A DNA stretch of 63,722 nucleotides, filler included, from Globobulimina sp. (taxonomy: Eukaryota): NCBI GenBank assembly GCA_003354225.1. It is 27 parts of 27 records of this genome, joined end to end, with 100 filler letters (N's around TTAATTAATTAA, not from the genome) between each part and the next. Parts side by side here need not be neighbours in the genome. Positions count along the whole stretch, not along the records: positions 11,827 to 14,091 come from PIVH01007779.1; positions 14,192 to 16,456 come from PIVH01007780.1; positions 16,557 to 18,821 come from PIVH01007781.1; positions 18,922 to 21,185 come from PIVH01007782.1; positions 21,286 to 23,549 come from PIVH01007783.1; positions 23,650 to 25,913 come from PIVH01007784.1; 21 more parts are not named here. One strand, 5' to 3'. Shown here piece after piece: positions 12,410 to 23,926 of the stretch; within the stretch, counting starts at the first letter, position 1; each line of letters starts with the position of its first letter. The notes under the pieces are model-generated. The model did not search any database. It was not told the origin of the DNA and saw only the letters and a program-made list of their open reading frames with translations. A program made the position numbers and the translations under genes.

Positions 12410-13219
12410 ATGCAAGAGTTAACAAATGCGCAAAATGCAGCAGTGGGGATGTTGGTTGGTACGATAGAAGTTTGCATCGATCAGCCATTCCTGTACTGGA
12501 AGAATGCAGCTCAGCAACATTTGCCATTTACATTGAATCCAAAATTAATGTACCGTGGCTTATTAGCGTCGGTATCAAATATGGCAGCACTTACTGCAAT
12601 ACAATTTTTTGGAACAGGCGTTATAAAACGTGCCATTGTTGGAAACCAAGACAGAGCATTAACGTCATCAGAAACTTTACTGTCCGCATTTGCGGGCGGT
12701 GCAATTTCAGGCATTGTCTGTGGTCCTTTAGAATTAACAATGATTCAACAACAACGCTTTGGTGGGAATATCATTGGAACGCCACTACATATCATAAAAG
12801 AAACTGGTGTGTCTGGCATGCTTCGTGGTGTATTGCCAGCAATCACAAGAGAAGGGATATTCACCTGCGGTTATTTAGGGGTAACACCTTTATTGGAACG
12901 CAAAATATCACAAAATGAGAGATTTAACGCTTTACCAACACCATTGGTTCAATTTGGCTGTGCTATGAGCGCTGGCTTTGTTGCGTCTGGACTGAGTCAT
13001 CCCGCTGACACAATAAAAACATGCATGCAAGGCGACATACAACGGAATACATATTCGCGCGCCATGGCGGGATTGAAATTGATTGTGAAAAGAGACGGTT
13101 TGGGTGGTTTATATAGAGGGTTTATGTGGAGATATTTGAGAATGGGAATGACATTCTTTATATTCAACCTTACAATGAATCCAGTAGCAAACGCTTTATT
13201 TCCTCAAGCATTTAAATGA
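12410..13219 (+). CDS. Mitochondrial carrier (SLC25) family protein
   Basis: Three repeats with Px[D/E]xx[K/R]-type motifs (PFLYWK, PLELTM, PADTIK) and GLYRG. Confidence 0.95.
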   Translation: MQELTNAQNAAVGMLVGTIEVCIDQPFLYWKNAAQQHLPFTLNPKLMYRGLLASVSNMAALTAIQFFGTGVIKRAIVGNQDRALTSSETLLSAFAGGAISGIVCGPLELTMIQQQRFGGNIIGTPLHIIKETGVSGMLRGVLPAITREGIFTCGYLGVTPLLERKISQNERFNALPTPLVQFGCAMSAGFVASGLSHPADTIKTCMQGDIQRNTYSRAMAGLKLIVKRDGLGGLYRGFMWRYLRMGMTFFIFNLTMNPVANALFPQAFK

Positions 13220-13419
13220 TGTTACTAGTACTCAAACGGGATGGAAGCTAGAAAACCTTCAAACTTTTTTTTTATTTTCAAATAATATTTACATTTTTAT
13301 ACCATCGATTTTACATTTTTTTCGAGTGATAGTCATCACTTTCAGTTAAATGAGTTAATATATAAAAGCATAATAAATTATACAATCATTGTAGCACAAA
13401 AATTATTCATAAATCTAGA

Positions 13420-14091
13420 CCTTGTCTTAATACGTTGACTCTGCAGAATGGACCTAAATATTTAAATATTTCATTTGTTTTTGTGATGTGAAAATATCAT
13501 ATATTAACATGAAGGTTGTATTTTTAGCCAATCTTTTGCACATTTTTTGTGCAGTTGATGACCACATTTAAGTTTAGCTAACAAATCGCCAACTTTATAA
13601 TCCTCGTAACATACAACACATTCATAATGATTTTGACTGAATAAGTTCCCCAAATATGCACTGGATATTGCCTGACCCTTTGCCTTTACAATAAACAATG
13701 AACAATTTAATAGCAAACATATTAACATTTGTATACGTATAGAAATTGAACAAACCCAAAAGCCAGACATTGACACTGAAACTTGCCTATTCTGTGCTGG
13801 TGGCGCTTGACCATCATTATTCCTCTCTGCATTTCGTTTTTCTTCTTCAATCTGCGCAGTAAACATACTCGCTTGAATAGCTCTGCTTAGCTGCTCCTCA
13901 GTGCTTTGACGATTCAATACTAACTCATTTGGCGTATCACCGTCGGATTCCTGCTCTTTACTGTTGCTCTTATTATTCATATTTACAAATTCATTCATAT
14001 TTACATCGCCATATTCCACTTCTGCCGCTGTGGCATCCTCATCAGTCATACCAGCCATTATTTGGTCGGCATTATTTTGTTGGTTGTTTGG
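13420..14091 (-). CDS. UIM plus RING-H2 E3 ubiquitin ligase, 5'-partial, with introns
   Basis: EEQLSRAIQAS (UIM); CVVC..LKCGHQLHKKCAKDWL..PSC, with a final exon P-F-C-R. Confidence 0.8.
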
Positions 14092-14191
14092 NNNNNNNNN
14101 NNNNNNNNNNNNNNNNNNNNNNNNNNNNNNNNNNNTTAATTAATTAANNNNNNNNNNNNNNNNNNNNNNNNNNNNNNNNNNNNNNNNNNNN

Positions 14192-15059
14192 GTCATCACG
14201 AGATAACCAATGCATTTGTTTTGTTTCTTTGGTTTCTTGTTTTGTACATCTTTCATAAAAATCAAATTGATGTTTATGCATTTTTGATGGATTCATTTGT
14301 AAAATACGATATTTTGCGATTAAAACTTTATTAAATTCATTAATTGAATCATTTACTCGGTTTTGTGTTTATCTCTGTTTTACATATTTTGGAACGGCCT
14401 CAAATTCGTCTTTACCAACAATCTCAATTTGTGGCATCTCTTTTCTTTTTGATTGTGATTGTGATTGTGATTGCGATTGAAATTGTTTATCATTCATTTT
14501 TCTTGGTTTTATAGCTCTCGGATTCTCATTGTAAGTATCTAATGATATCGATGTTGTTGCTTTACGTTTATTACTGTTGCTATTATAATTACTATTGTTG
14601 TCACTGTGTATTTGTAGACTCTCACTGTCATTATGAATAAATAAAGATAAAGCACTCGATGCTAATTTATAATGATCCGAAATATGCGGTAATTGATTAG
14701 GTAAATTATTAGTGATATATGAAATTTTTTTGTTGTATAATTGTAAACATTCACTCATTCGTTGTATAAACATTAGTGATTCTTCCTCCTTTCTTATATT
14801 TTCATCCATTGCCGATACTGTTGATTCTAAACTGCCGATACGTTTTTCAATTTGTATTAATTCATCTTTGTCCTCTTCACTTGTTTCTATATTAATATTT
14901 TCATAAATTGTTATATATATCAACAACAACAAAAAACTCAAAACTTATATGCCGACATTTCAACCATGATTGGATTTGCACAATTTGTGAGTTGAGAGAA
15001 CTAACCAATTCTTCCATTGACTCATTTAATGTCTCAGTTTCTTTATTTGCATCTGCCAT
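14192..15059 (-). CDS. SKA1: Spindle and kinetochore-associated protein 1, 3'-partial; one intron, one in-frame TAA
   Basis: EFEAVPKYVKQR*TQNRVNDSINEFNKVLIAKYRIL..QETKETK matches the SKA1 microtubule-binding domain; N-terminal coiled coil. Confidence 0.8.
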
Positions 15060-15469
15060 TGCAATAGGGGTTTCCGATAAGTACTGATTTTTTAAAAAAC
15101 GTGTCAAACAGCTTCTTGAAATTGTCTGTAAAGTTGTTTATATTGTTCAAAACAACAAAATATATGCATAAATCCAGACAACAAACAAAATAGAAACTGG
15201 TGGTCAGTGAAAATTTGGTGATTGAAGTCTTTCCTTTTATAATCTATCTGATTGATACAATACACACACAATAACAAACACACAAAGCAAGCAAAATGAC
15301 GACAGAGTTAGTGTGCTGAAGTCTACACAAGTTTTTCAGCACAAATATTTGCCGTTAATATCTTGTGTTTTATATAATTTATTACCGGTAACAGAAACAC
15401 TAAGCTGTGTCATAATTCCATTCGGATAAGGAGTCATAATTAGATTTTATAACTTGATACTCTAAAATT

Positions 15470-16066
15470 ATGGAAACAATCAACTATTCAAAGGCTAAGT
15501 TTGTTATATGGGACAAATCAGTTTTACGCGCAGGCCAAATACACCTTTATCAGCACGTACAGCCATTAACAAAATGGGGTGGTTCTGTTTCTAATTCTTT
15601 TGTACATACCGCAGCGTTCATCAATCACAAAAGCAGACACTTGTATTATTTGGTTATCTATAATGAAAACACAAGCGATTACTGGATTGCAGGCATAAAC
15701 GATTCGTCATTGACCGTTGAATTGGTTCCAGATAGACTTTTTCCAGCTAGTTTAGCACCAGGTGATGTAATGCAAGTATGTAACGGAGTAAGTAAAATAG
15801 TTTATGAAGAATGGATGACAATACAAGGTATTAAATTGCCATGGCCATCATACAAACACAGATGCAGAACATGTAATGGCATGGGATCATTAACAACCAA
15901 TCTTAGAAAATGTGCAGGATGTCGCAGAATGTATTATTGCAGCAGGCATTGCCAAAAAAAATCATGGAACGCTATTCATCGACTCGAATGTGAATACCTT
16001 CAAGCATTTGCACATAGAAGCAGAAGATTCAAAACTAAATCCAAAATTGTTAGTAAGTGCAGCTAA
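15470..16066 (+). CDS. MYND zinc-finger protein
   Basis: CRTC..CAGCRRMYYCSRHCQKKSW..HRLEC. Confidence 0.9.
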   Translation: METINYSKAKFVIWDKSVLRAGQIHLYQHVQPLTKWGGSVSNSFVHTAAFINHKSRHLYYLVIYNENTSDYWIAGINDSSLTVELVPDRLFPASLAPGDVMQVCNGVSKIVYEEWMTIQGIKLPWPSYKHRCRTCNGMGSLTTNLRKCAGCRRMYYCSRHCQKKSWNAIHRLECEYLQAFAHRSRRFKTKSKIVSKCS

Positions 16067-16090
16067 ACTTATAATTAAATAAATGTAAAG

Positions 16091-16456
16091 TTATAATTTG
16101 TTTAATTTTGTAACAACAACAATTTGAAATGTTTGATCTAAGGAAGCCATACACGCCAAACCAATTTTAGACTGATTCCAATTCCATGAAACAATTGGTT
16201 GCGTTGATAATGTAGATACCGTTTGATTGCTTAATAAATTCACTTGTCCCATAACACCTTTTTTATCTCCTTTGTCATCAACAACAAATCTTTCATCCGG
16301 ATATATATATTTCCATATGTTCACATTGCCATTCCCTAAACACGTTATCCAAATATCTCGATTTTGAGGTAAATGTCGACATTGCCAAATCGTGGTTCCT
16401 TTCTTCTTATTCTGGTCAGATTTTGTGGAATTTATTGAATCTATGTTCAAATATGA
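16091..16456 (-). CDS. WDR92: WDR92/DNAAF10 C-terminus (axonemal dynein assembly factor), 5'-partial
   Basis: TIWQCRHLPQNRDI..WKYIYP..LSTQPI..DQT...VVTKLNKL-stop matches the WDR92 C-terminus. Confidence 0.9.
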   Translation of the reverse strand, partial: SYLNIDSINSTKSDQNKKKGTTIWQCRHLPQNRDIWITCLGNGNVNIWKYIYPDERFVVDDKGDKKGVMGQVNLLSNQTVSTLSTQPIVSWNWNQSKIGLACMASLDQTFQIVVVTKLNKL

Positions 16457-16556
16457 NNNNNNNNNNNNNNNNNNNNNNNNNNNNNNNNNNNNNNNNNNNN
16501 TTAATTAATTAANNNNNNNNNNNNNNNNNNNNNNNNNNNNNNNNNNNNNNNNNNNN

Positions 16557-16600
16557 CATATGAGTACTAATATATATATATATATATTAGTACTCATATG
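16557..16600. repeat. Perfect palindrome around a (TA)n core at the contig start
   Basis: CATATGAGTACTAA(TA)nTTAGTACTCATATG. Confidence 0.9.
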
Positions 16601-16893
16601 CGTATATCTTATCGGGAACACTACTGTATTTGTATGCAATATATATGTAATAATTTAATGCCATGTAATTCTTGTTGTTGTTGATTTTTTTCTGTATAAA
16701 CGGCGAAAACAATCAAAACATAAGTTATAGACACAAAACATTAGATTAGATTAGATGTGTATATGTTTTCCTGATCCTTCAAACATAGACAAAATATAGG
16801 CATATAATAACTGCAACAATTCGATCTTGCCTGAGAACAGTAAATTATTTTGTTTATAATTTTATATTGTTTGTGTTTATATTATCCATATAA

Positions 16894-16991
16894 TAGGCAT
16901 TTTTGCTTTATCGTTAAAATCTATTTTGTAACGGAAAAAACTGGTTTTTTCTCTTTAAAAACAGATTCTTACGATAAAGCAAAAATGCCTA
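16894..16991. mobile_element. TA-flanked hairpin, MITE-like element
   Basis: TA-GGCATTTTTGCTTTATCGT ... ACGATAAAGCAAAAATGCC-TA; the interior is also near-palindromic. Confidence 0.55.
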
Positions 16992-17843
16992 ATGTCTTAT
17001 AACTCAAATTAAATCATATTCAGTTTCAAAATATTTACAAAAACATTATATGGATAAAAATGAACAACAACAATATAAACAACCACGAAAGATACAAAAT
17101 GAGTGAATAATGAGATTGTTGCTTGTAACAACAAATTAAACCAAATCAGTTTCAAAATATTTACATAATAAATTCATTGTGGCACTGGTACCACTTTGTG
17201 TGGCCAGAAACTATTAAAAAAAATAAAACAACTAAAAATAATAATTTCAATAATTATATCACTTGGAATTATACACTGGTACCACTTTGTGTGGATTTAT
17301 ACAGACCAGAAACCACTAAAATATCAACTAAAAATAATATTTTCCATAAACATAATATTCGTTCGATCATTATGTTCTCCTTCACAGTAAATATCTGTCC
17401 GTGAAAAATGACAAAAAGCCATCGGTTACAGATTTAGATACCGTTAGGGAAGAAACATAACCGCTCGCCTCAGTACCGTTTAATTCACTGCTTCAATACC
17501 ATTTAATGTCTGTTTATGTATCTAAAATAAACAGGAGATAATTGTAATTACATAAATGACATATCTGTTCATGACGAACGCATGATAAGACTTTAGTAAA
17601 TGTTGAATGCTTGAAAATCTCAATTTAACATTTATCCCCCCACCAACACCCAGCACTTTTATCACCCACAAAGTTAGTAACTACTTAAATTAAATACTAA
17701 AAAAAAGTTAGTAACTACCCACCACCCCAACCCCCAGCAAATTACTTCCCCAAAAAAATCATGAGATGTATTGTGGGGAAGAGAAGTGCTGGGGGTTGTC
17801 GGGTTGGTACAGCAGTTATTATTTATTTATTATTGAAAAAGTT

Positions 17844-18211
17844 GTACAGCAGTGGCCCATGTCACAGGGATAAGTTTTTGTATCAAATAAATAATGAGAA
17901 GTTCGTACAGCAGTGACCCAGGTCACTGGGACAAGTTTTTATAAATTAATAAATAATATCTGTAATTTGGTACAGCAGTGACCCAGGTCACTAAGATTAG
18001 TTTTTGTAAATTAATAAATAACAAGAATCCTGTGCAGCAGTGACCCAGGTCACTGAGATTAGTTTTTGTAAATTAATAAATAACAAGAATCCTGTGCAGC
18101 AGTGACCCAGGTCACTGAGATTAGTTTTTGTAAATTAATAAATAATGTCTGTGATTTGGTACAGCAGTGACCCAGGTTACAGAGATAAGTTTTTATAAAT
18201 TTATTAAATAG
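17844..18211. repeat. Minisatellite of six units of about 61-65 bp (last one truncated), each with a CAGTGACC-CA-GGTCACTG palindrome or variant
   Basis: Units start GT(A/G)CAGCAGTG at about 17844, 17905, 17970, 18032, 18094 and 18159. Confidence 0.9.
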
Positions 18212-18921
18212 CTTTGTTCCGCAATTATTTGTCGTAATTATTTGTTTCAGAATCTATGTAGCTGTCTTTGTCATGTTTGTCTAAAAACTAGCTTTCTCTA
18301 GCTCATCAGGACGCAGAAGGATATGCAGGTTTTCCCAATCGTGCTGATACATTTTTTAGGTTTGATCCGGTAAGTTATAACAAAGGGTATACTGTTGGTG
18401 TTAACAGAAGATCGGGATATCAAACAATGTAATGATACAAATATTTTTAATTAGTTATTTTGTTTTGTGCTTTCACATACTTACTAGTATATTTTTAATT
18501 TATTTTGTTTTAATTATTAAATGACGCAAACCGGCAAACGAAACCTGAGGGTCTCAGCTATCTCAGACACATTGCTATAGCCACGAATAAATATACGTTT
18601 AATTTGACATCGATCAGGCTTAGAATTCCTGTGTTGAATTTTAGATGAATTTTTAATGATTTTTTTTTTCGACTCAGTCGTTGTGCATTATTGCCAGCAA
18701 TATGGATATCTATGCCATTGAACATGTGCATGTGTGACATAAAGAGGTACATATCGCAATATATATTGTCGTATACCTTCTGTAGTTTCTGTCGTCTGTG
18801 TAGTGGTAGACATGCGTAGCANNNNNNNNNNNNNNNNNNNNNNNNNNNNNNNNNNNNNNNNNNNNTTAATTAATTAANNNNNNNNNNNNNNNNNNNNNNN
18901 NNNNNNNNNNNNNNNNNNNNN

Positions 18922-20781
18922 ATTATGACAAAAATAATTATCATGATTAAAATCTGCAAAAACATATAAATCCGCATCACCAACATCATCAGCATCAGCA
19001 GTACCATTCATTGCAATAATTAAATACTTTGATGCTTTATTAATATCATTATAATTATTGATATGTTGGTTATCCATTGTTAAACTAAACAATTTCAATG
19101 ATTTTGAGAGTCCTGAAATTGGCTCAACACTTTTAAATTGATCAGATTCATTGCGAATTGTAATTGATTCAATCTCATCGATATTTACAACATCGGGTAT
19201 TATCACACATTCAACACCAACGGATTTAAACTGTTCCACTAAACATTTACATTGTTCTTCAATTAATGGAGTATCACCAAACAAATCGAATAATGCCTCA
19301 TAAATGGCACACACACCTTCATTAAAACTGGTATATTCATTCCAATACTTATTATTTGCCATACTTACAATTTTAAAGATCATTTGTACACTCATTTCGC
19401 AGTGCACATGCAATAAATAAAATGCTTTATTATAAATTCCCGACGCATAATGTACATCCATTCCATCATAATAATCACTCCCTTTATAATCATCAACAGA
19501 CACTCCATCCTTTGGCGGGTCATACATAAATCTGATTGCTTTGCCTGGTTCACGAAAGGTACCATACCCAACAGTCCATAGAGCCAATCCTTGAATAGCT
19601 TTATAACTTTTTACTGCAACAGAAACTAAATCAGAATATGCTTCATTTATTGCGCCACTTTCAGCTTCATACAATAAATCTGAATATTTATGAGTATAAC
19701 CATGAGCTATTTCGTGCGCAAGTACATCTAACACAGAATATGGATATCTGCCATCATCGCCATCACTAATCCATATGGAACCATCTGATGAATACCATGC
19801 ACCATTTTGCTTCAAACCAATATGAAAATATGCTTTTATTTGTTGATTGCTTGTTGGACTCTCTTCATTTAACCAAAAACTATATAACTCATAAATAATA
19901 TTGATATTAGTAAATACATCGCAGCCTACACAGGGCGCATAATTTATTTCTTCATCGTTTACAATACAATCTGTTGTTGATGGATTGCATGTTAATGCAA
20001 CTGCAAAACGCGGATTTTGACGTATTTCTGTATAACCAAAATGTTTTCCATTATATAATAATATATTATCATTGGAAATTGTTGGTATTGCATTTATTCT
20101 TAATTCTTGTAATTCAATTAAACCAACTTTGGGATTGCCGCCTGGACCAACTGCTACACTGAAACTTTCAAAATTATATTGTTCAATCTCACCATTATCA
20201 CTATCAATTATAACATGTACTTTATACGGTTTATCGCAATCACTATTAAAATACATAAATTTTACAATGTATACTTTATGCGGTTGTAATGACTTTGGGT
20301 AAATAAATAATTGAATGTCAATTCCGTTTATACCATCGGCAATAACTAAATGAATATCAATTTTGTATCGATTAAATATTATGTCTAATATTTGTTGTTT
20401 TGTTAATAATGCTCTATCTGATATTATATATTTTGAAATATGATTTATATCATAAAAATTGCCATATATTGGTTTACTGTTAATTTGTATTTCTCCGTTA
20501 ATATTTATGTGTTCTTCTTCAATTACAACAACTGCTCCGTAGATTGGCACTCCTTTATATTTTTGTTGTGCTGAATATCGATACAGATTTGGTAATATTT
20601 CATATTTTTCGCCAATTAATTTATATGACAGTAAATCTTTTGCCCAATAATAGCCACACTTTAAATATATTTTTTGCGACTCTGACAAATTCGGTAATAC
20701 TTCAAATTCAAAATATTTACCACAATCAATGAATTTTGACGTTGTCAAACTAGTCATCAGTATCAACAAAAAAAAGGACAT
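18922..20781 (-). CDS. Thermolysin-family (M4) zinc metalloprotease preproenzyme, 3'-partial
   Basis: Signal peptide; FTP/PepSY-like propeptide (YRYSAQQKYKGVPIYG, VIIDSDNGEI); HEIAH; GAINEAYSD; DVHYASGIYNKAFYLL; PPC-like DADLYV. Confidence 0.93.
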
Positions 20782-21562
20782 GTTTAATAGTGCTGACTAA
20801 AAAACTTTACAGTAAGACGTAATGCCACACAATTATTCCCGTCCTCATTTATTACATATTTCCCGAAATTCCGAACATGAATGTCACAAAGAGTTAGAGT
20901 TGATTTTATTTTATTAACCGCAAAACGCAAAACATGATCTAAGCCACACCAACATAACACTTTAACAACAAAAAACAGAAAACAAAATCAATCACCAAAA
21001 AACGATTAAATATTAATCACAAAGTTTATTTTGTTGGTGGTACAGGAGGCGGACCTGTAGGTTTTGGTGGTGGTGTTAGAGGGGCTTGCTCAGACTCAGC
21101 GGCTTCAGCATTTGCATCCGATTCTTTTTTTGCTGGATCGACGAATGCATTCTCATTAAATTTAACTGGGGCTTCTTTTTTTGCANNNNNNNNNNNNNNN
21201 NNNNNNNNNNNNNNNNNNNNNNNNNNNNNTTAATTAATTAANNNNNNNNNNNNNNNNNNNNNNNNNNNNNNNNNNNNNNNNNNNNATCTCCACGATATTT
21301 ATATTGTATTATAAATAATCTTAATATATATGTTCAATTCAATCTCGCAATATTAATATAACTTTTGTACCGGCACCCCCTAAGTAGATGAAACATCACC
21401 TTTAGAACTAGATCACCAACAAAGGACAATAATTATGAATCCTGATTACAACATTCATTTTATACATTACGAAACTAAATATAGGTTATTCTTTATTCTT
21501 CTCATTCAATCTCATATTATCTGTCCCCTCCCATACCAACAGAGCATTAATAAATTAACAAT

Positions 21563-22757
21563 GTGTGATATTGAAGCACAAACAACAGCAAATAAACCAC
21601 ATAAAAAATACAACAACAACATTCAAGATATTACCACAACCCATCATTATTCCAAATATTCCATCAAATTCCTCGCATCAATAATAGCGGTATTTTCTGC
21701 GATAGAAATGATTGCAATATTTTGTACATCCCATGCACGACAAGTATTAAGTGCTGATGTCTCTCGATTGGATCAAACACAATCACAAATTGTCAAATGG
21801 AATGAAAAACAATCAATCGATCGAACGATCGAAATTCCATCAATAATCTCACAAAGACATTATGAACTTGTGACAGCTTTTGCTACATCAAGTCTATCTG
21901 AAACATTTGATCTTATCACATTTGAAACAAATTGTCATCCTCATTGGCCGCATTATGACAAACCGACACATAATTTTTACAAAGGAAATCCGACTTCTTG
22001 TTACAAACAACTTGAACAATTGAACCGCAAACAATTTTGCAAATTGACAAGCAATACATCTGAACCTCGCCCTTCATTGTGGATGAATACAGAATCATTG
22101 TTTCGTAGTGACATGCCTCAGTTTCAAAAAGGAACTTGTGCCAAAAATCGACCAGAAAACAGATATTATGCAGCAGAAGTATTTGACAACACAAAGGTAT
22201 CACATAAATCATGCAGAGACATTCCAATTCCAACTCATACGTATCCACATTCATTGTATCCTCAAACACAATTAGTGAATCAAAAAAGATGTAAACATGC
22301 AAAGTATGATGCTTCATTCAAAGGACAAGATAGAAGCAAAGAACGCCAAGCTCTCAAAAGACTAAATGTTGCAGAGCAAATTATACTCGAATTCAATCCA
22401 CGTATGGGTGAAAAAAACGAGCGCATGGCAGAACTGTTACATGAATCACGTTTTGGTTTGGCTCCTGCTGGGGATGGATGGCATTCATATCGTCTCATGG
22501 AAATTATGGCAATGGGGACAGTGCCAATCATTCTTTCCGATCAATGGTCTCTTCCTTTTGAACACATTTTGAACTGGACAGAATTTTCCATTCGAATTAA
22601 ATTTGATGAAATTGAGCAATTATCAGACATTGTTGCAGCAAATCGTGACAGAGCATGTGAGATGAGCGACAAAGTATTTGAAGTATATCATCAGTATATG
22701 GCAAATGCAACACAAGTTATGAAAGGAATCAAAGAATCAATCAGCAAATGCAAATAA
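21563..22757 (+). CDS. Exostosin-family glycosyltransferase (GT47), type II membrane protein
   Basis: SRFGLAPAGDGWHSYRLMEIMAMGTVPIILSDQWSLPF; N-terminal TM anchor. Confidence 0.9.
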
Positions 22758-22820
22758 AAAATCACAAAAAATTTTATTCTGTTCGATATCTGCACCACTC
22801 CGTTGGGGCTGCAAAGTTCT

Positions 22821-22943
22821 GTAATTGGATTGGTTATTTTCACTTTCCAATTCAAAATCTAGCATTGGTTATTTTCACTTTCCAATTGTTGGATTGGTTA
22901 TTTTCACGTTTTGTAATTGGATTGGTTATTTTCACTTTCCAAT
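22821..22943. repeat. Four direct copies of ATTGGTTATTTTCAC(T/G)TT
   Basis: Seen directly; most copies are bracketed by TTGG..TCCAA. Confidence 0.8.
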
Positions 22944-23450
22944 GATGAAGCTATCAAATTAGCACAACATATTAAGAGAATGGTGGAAGAAACAGTGACA
23001 GGGCAAACAATATTATTGCAAGACATATTTATTGCAATAACAGGAGATCTGAGAAACGAGTATATTAAATCTGGTAAAGACAGTCAAGCTGAGGAAAGAA
23101 ATGTTTTCCATACATGAGGCAATGTCTTAATTATGGCAATTTATGTCATTTAAGAATTCCCCGCGTGGAATGTAGCACTGTTAAATTTTGTTTGTGTGAT
23201 AATTATTTATCTGTTTACAGCTTTTTCTCTAACAATTCACAAATGATTAAAAAAAGTTGTTCATGAGCAAAATCAAGGTCAAATAGGAAAACTCTAATTA
23301 GTATACATTTGGTTCAATTATAAATTTGTTTTGACTTTGTTCTGGATTTGCAAACCCAAGATAAAAAGTTCTAACAAACACAGAACAAACTCAACACAAT
23401 TACAAAAGCATATCAAAACTAAAACAGGGACACCATGTTTTGCGTCCATC

Positions 23451-23549
23451 AGACTCCTGCTAACTAACTTTTTTCTGTGAGCTATAACTGAAAGCTTCAA
23501 TTACATGTCACTTCCGCTTTAGTCTGCCAACTTTAAATCGGTTTCTCAT
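23451..23549 (+). repeat. Dispersed repeat, copy 1 (truncated by contig end)
   Basis: Aligns with 49399-49497: AGACTC.TGC.AACTAA..TACATG.CACTTCCGCTTTAGT.TGCCAACTTTAAATCGGTTTC. Confidence 0.85.
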
Positions 23550-23649
23550 NNNNNNNNNNNNNNNNNNNNNNNNNNNNNNNNNNNNNNNNNNNNTTAATTA
23601 ATTAANNNNNNNNNNNNNNNNNNNNNNNNNNNNNNNNNNNNNNNNNNNN

Positions 23650-23774
23650 TACAATCTTACCATCGTTATTTCCAAAACATTACGAAATACCTCTGCGGTT
23701 TGATGAGAATGTGTGGACTGATCAACCTGCAGACTCATTACCATTGATACTGTTAACTTTCTCTTTTTGTTTTG
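23650..23774 (+). repeat. Left arm of about 125-bp inverted repeat
   Basis: Reverse complement of 25683-25810 with several substitutions and a 4-nt indel. Confidence 0.92.
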
Positions 23775-23926
23775 TTAACTCTCAGTTTGGGGAAAGGAGA
23801 TGGTTACTTTTCATGAGATGACAAGAGATCATTTGGTGCGAAATACTGCGAATCGGCATAAATCAATATTTATCTATAACATCTGTACATATTCCGAAGA
23901 AATACAAAAAACAAATATACGTTTAA

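Noticed and set aside
14369-14371. In-frame TAA in SKA1 (and at 59515 in the IF2-like gene) suggesting stop-codon reassignment
   Set aside because: TAA ends Rab5 (CCVIL) and WDR92 (TKLNKL) at their conserved C-termini. The SKA1 TAA is one base from the expected Leu codon TTA, and frameshifts are common elsewhere, so error or pseudogenisation is more likely.
17844-18211. Possible CRISPR array (palindromic repeats at regular spacing)
   Set aside because: The intervening sequences are near-identical to each other rather than unique spacers, and there are no cas genes; it is a minisatellite.
23698-23725. TGATGA..CTGA suggesting a C/D-box snoRNA in the left inverted repeat
   Set aside because: The boxes are only 11 nt apart, and the CTGA is CTCA in the other arm.
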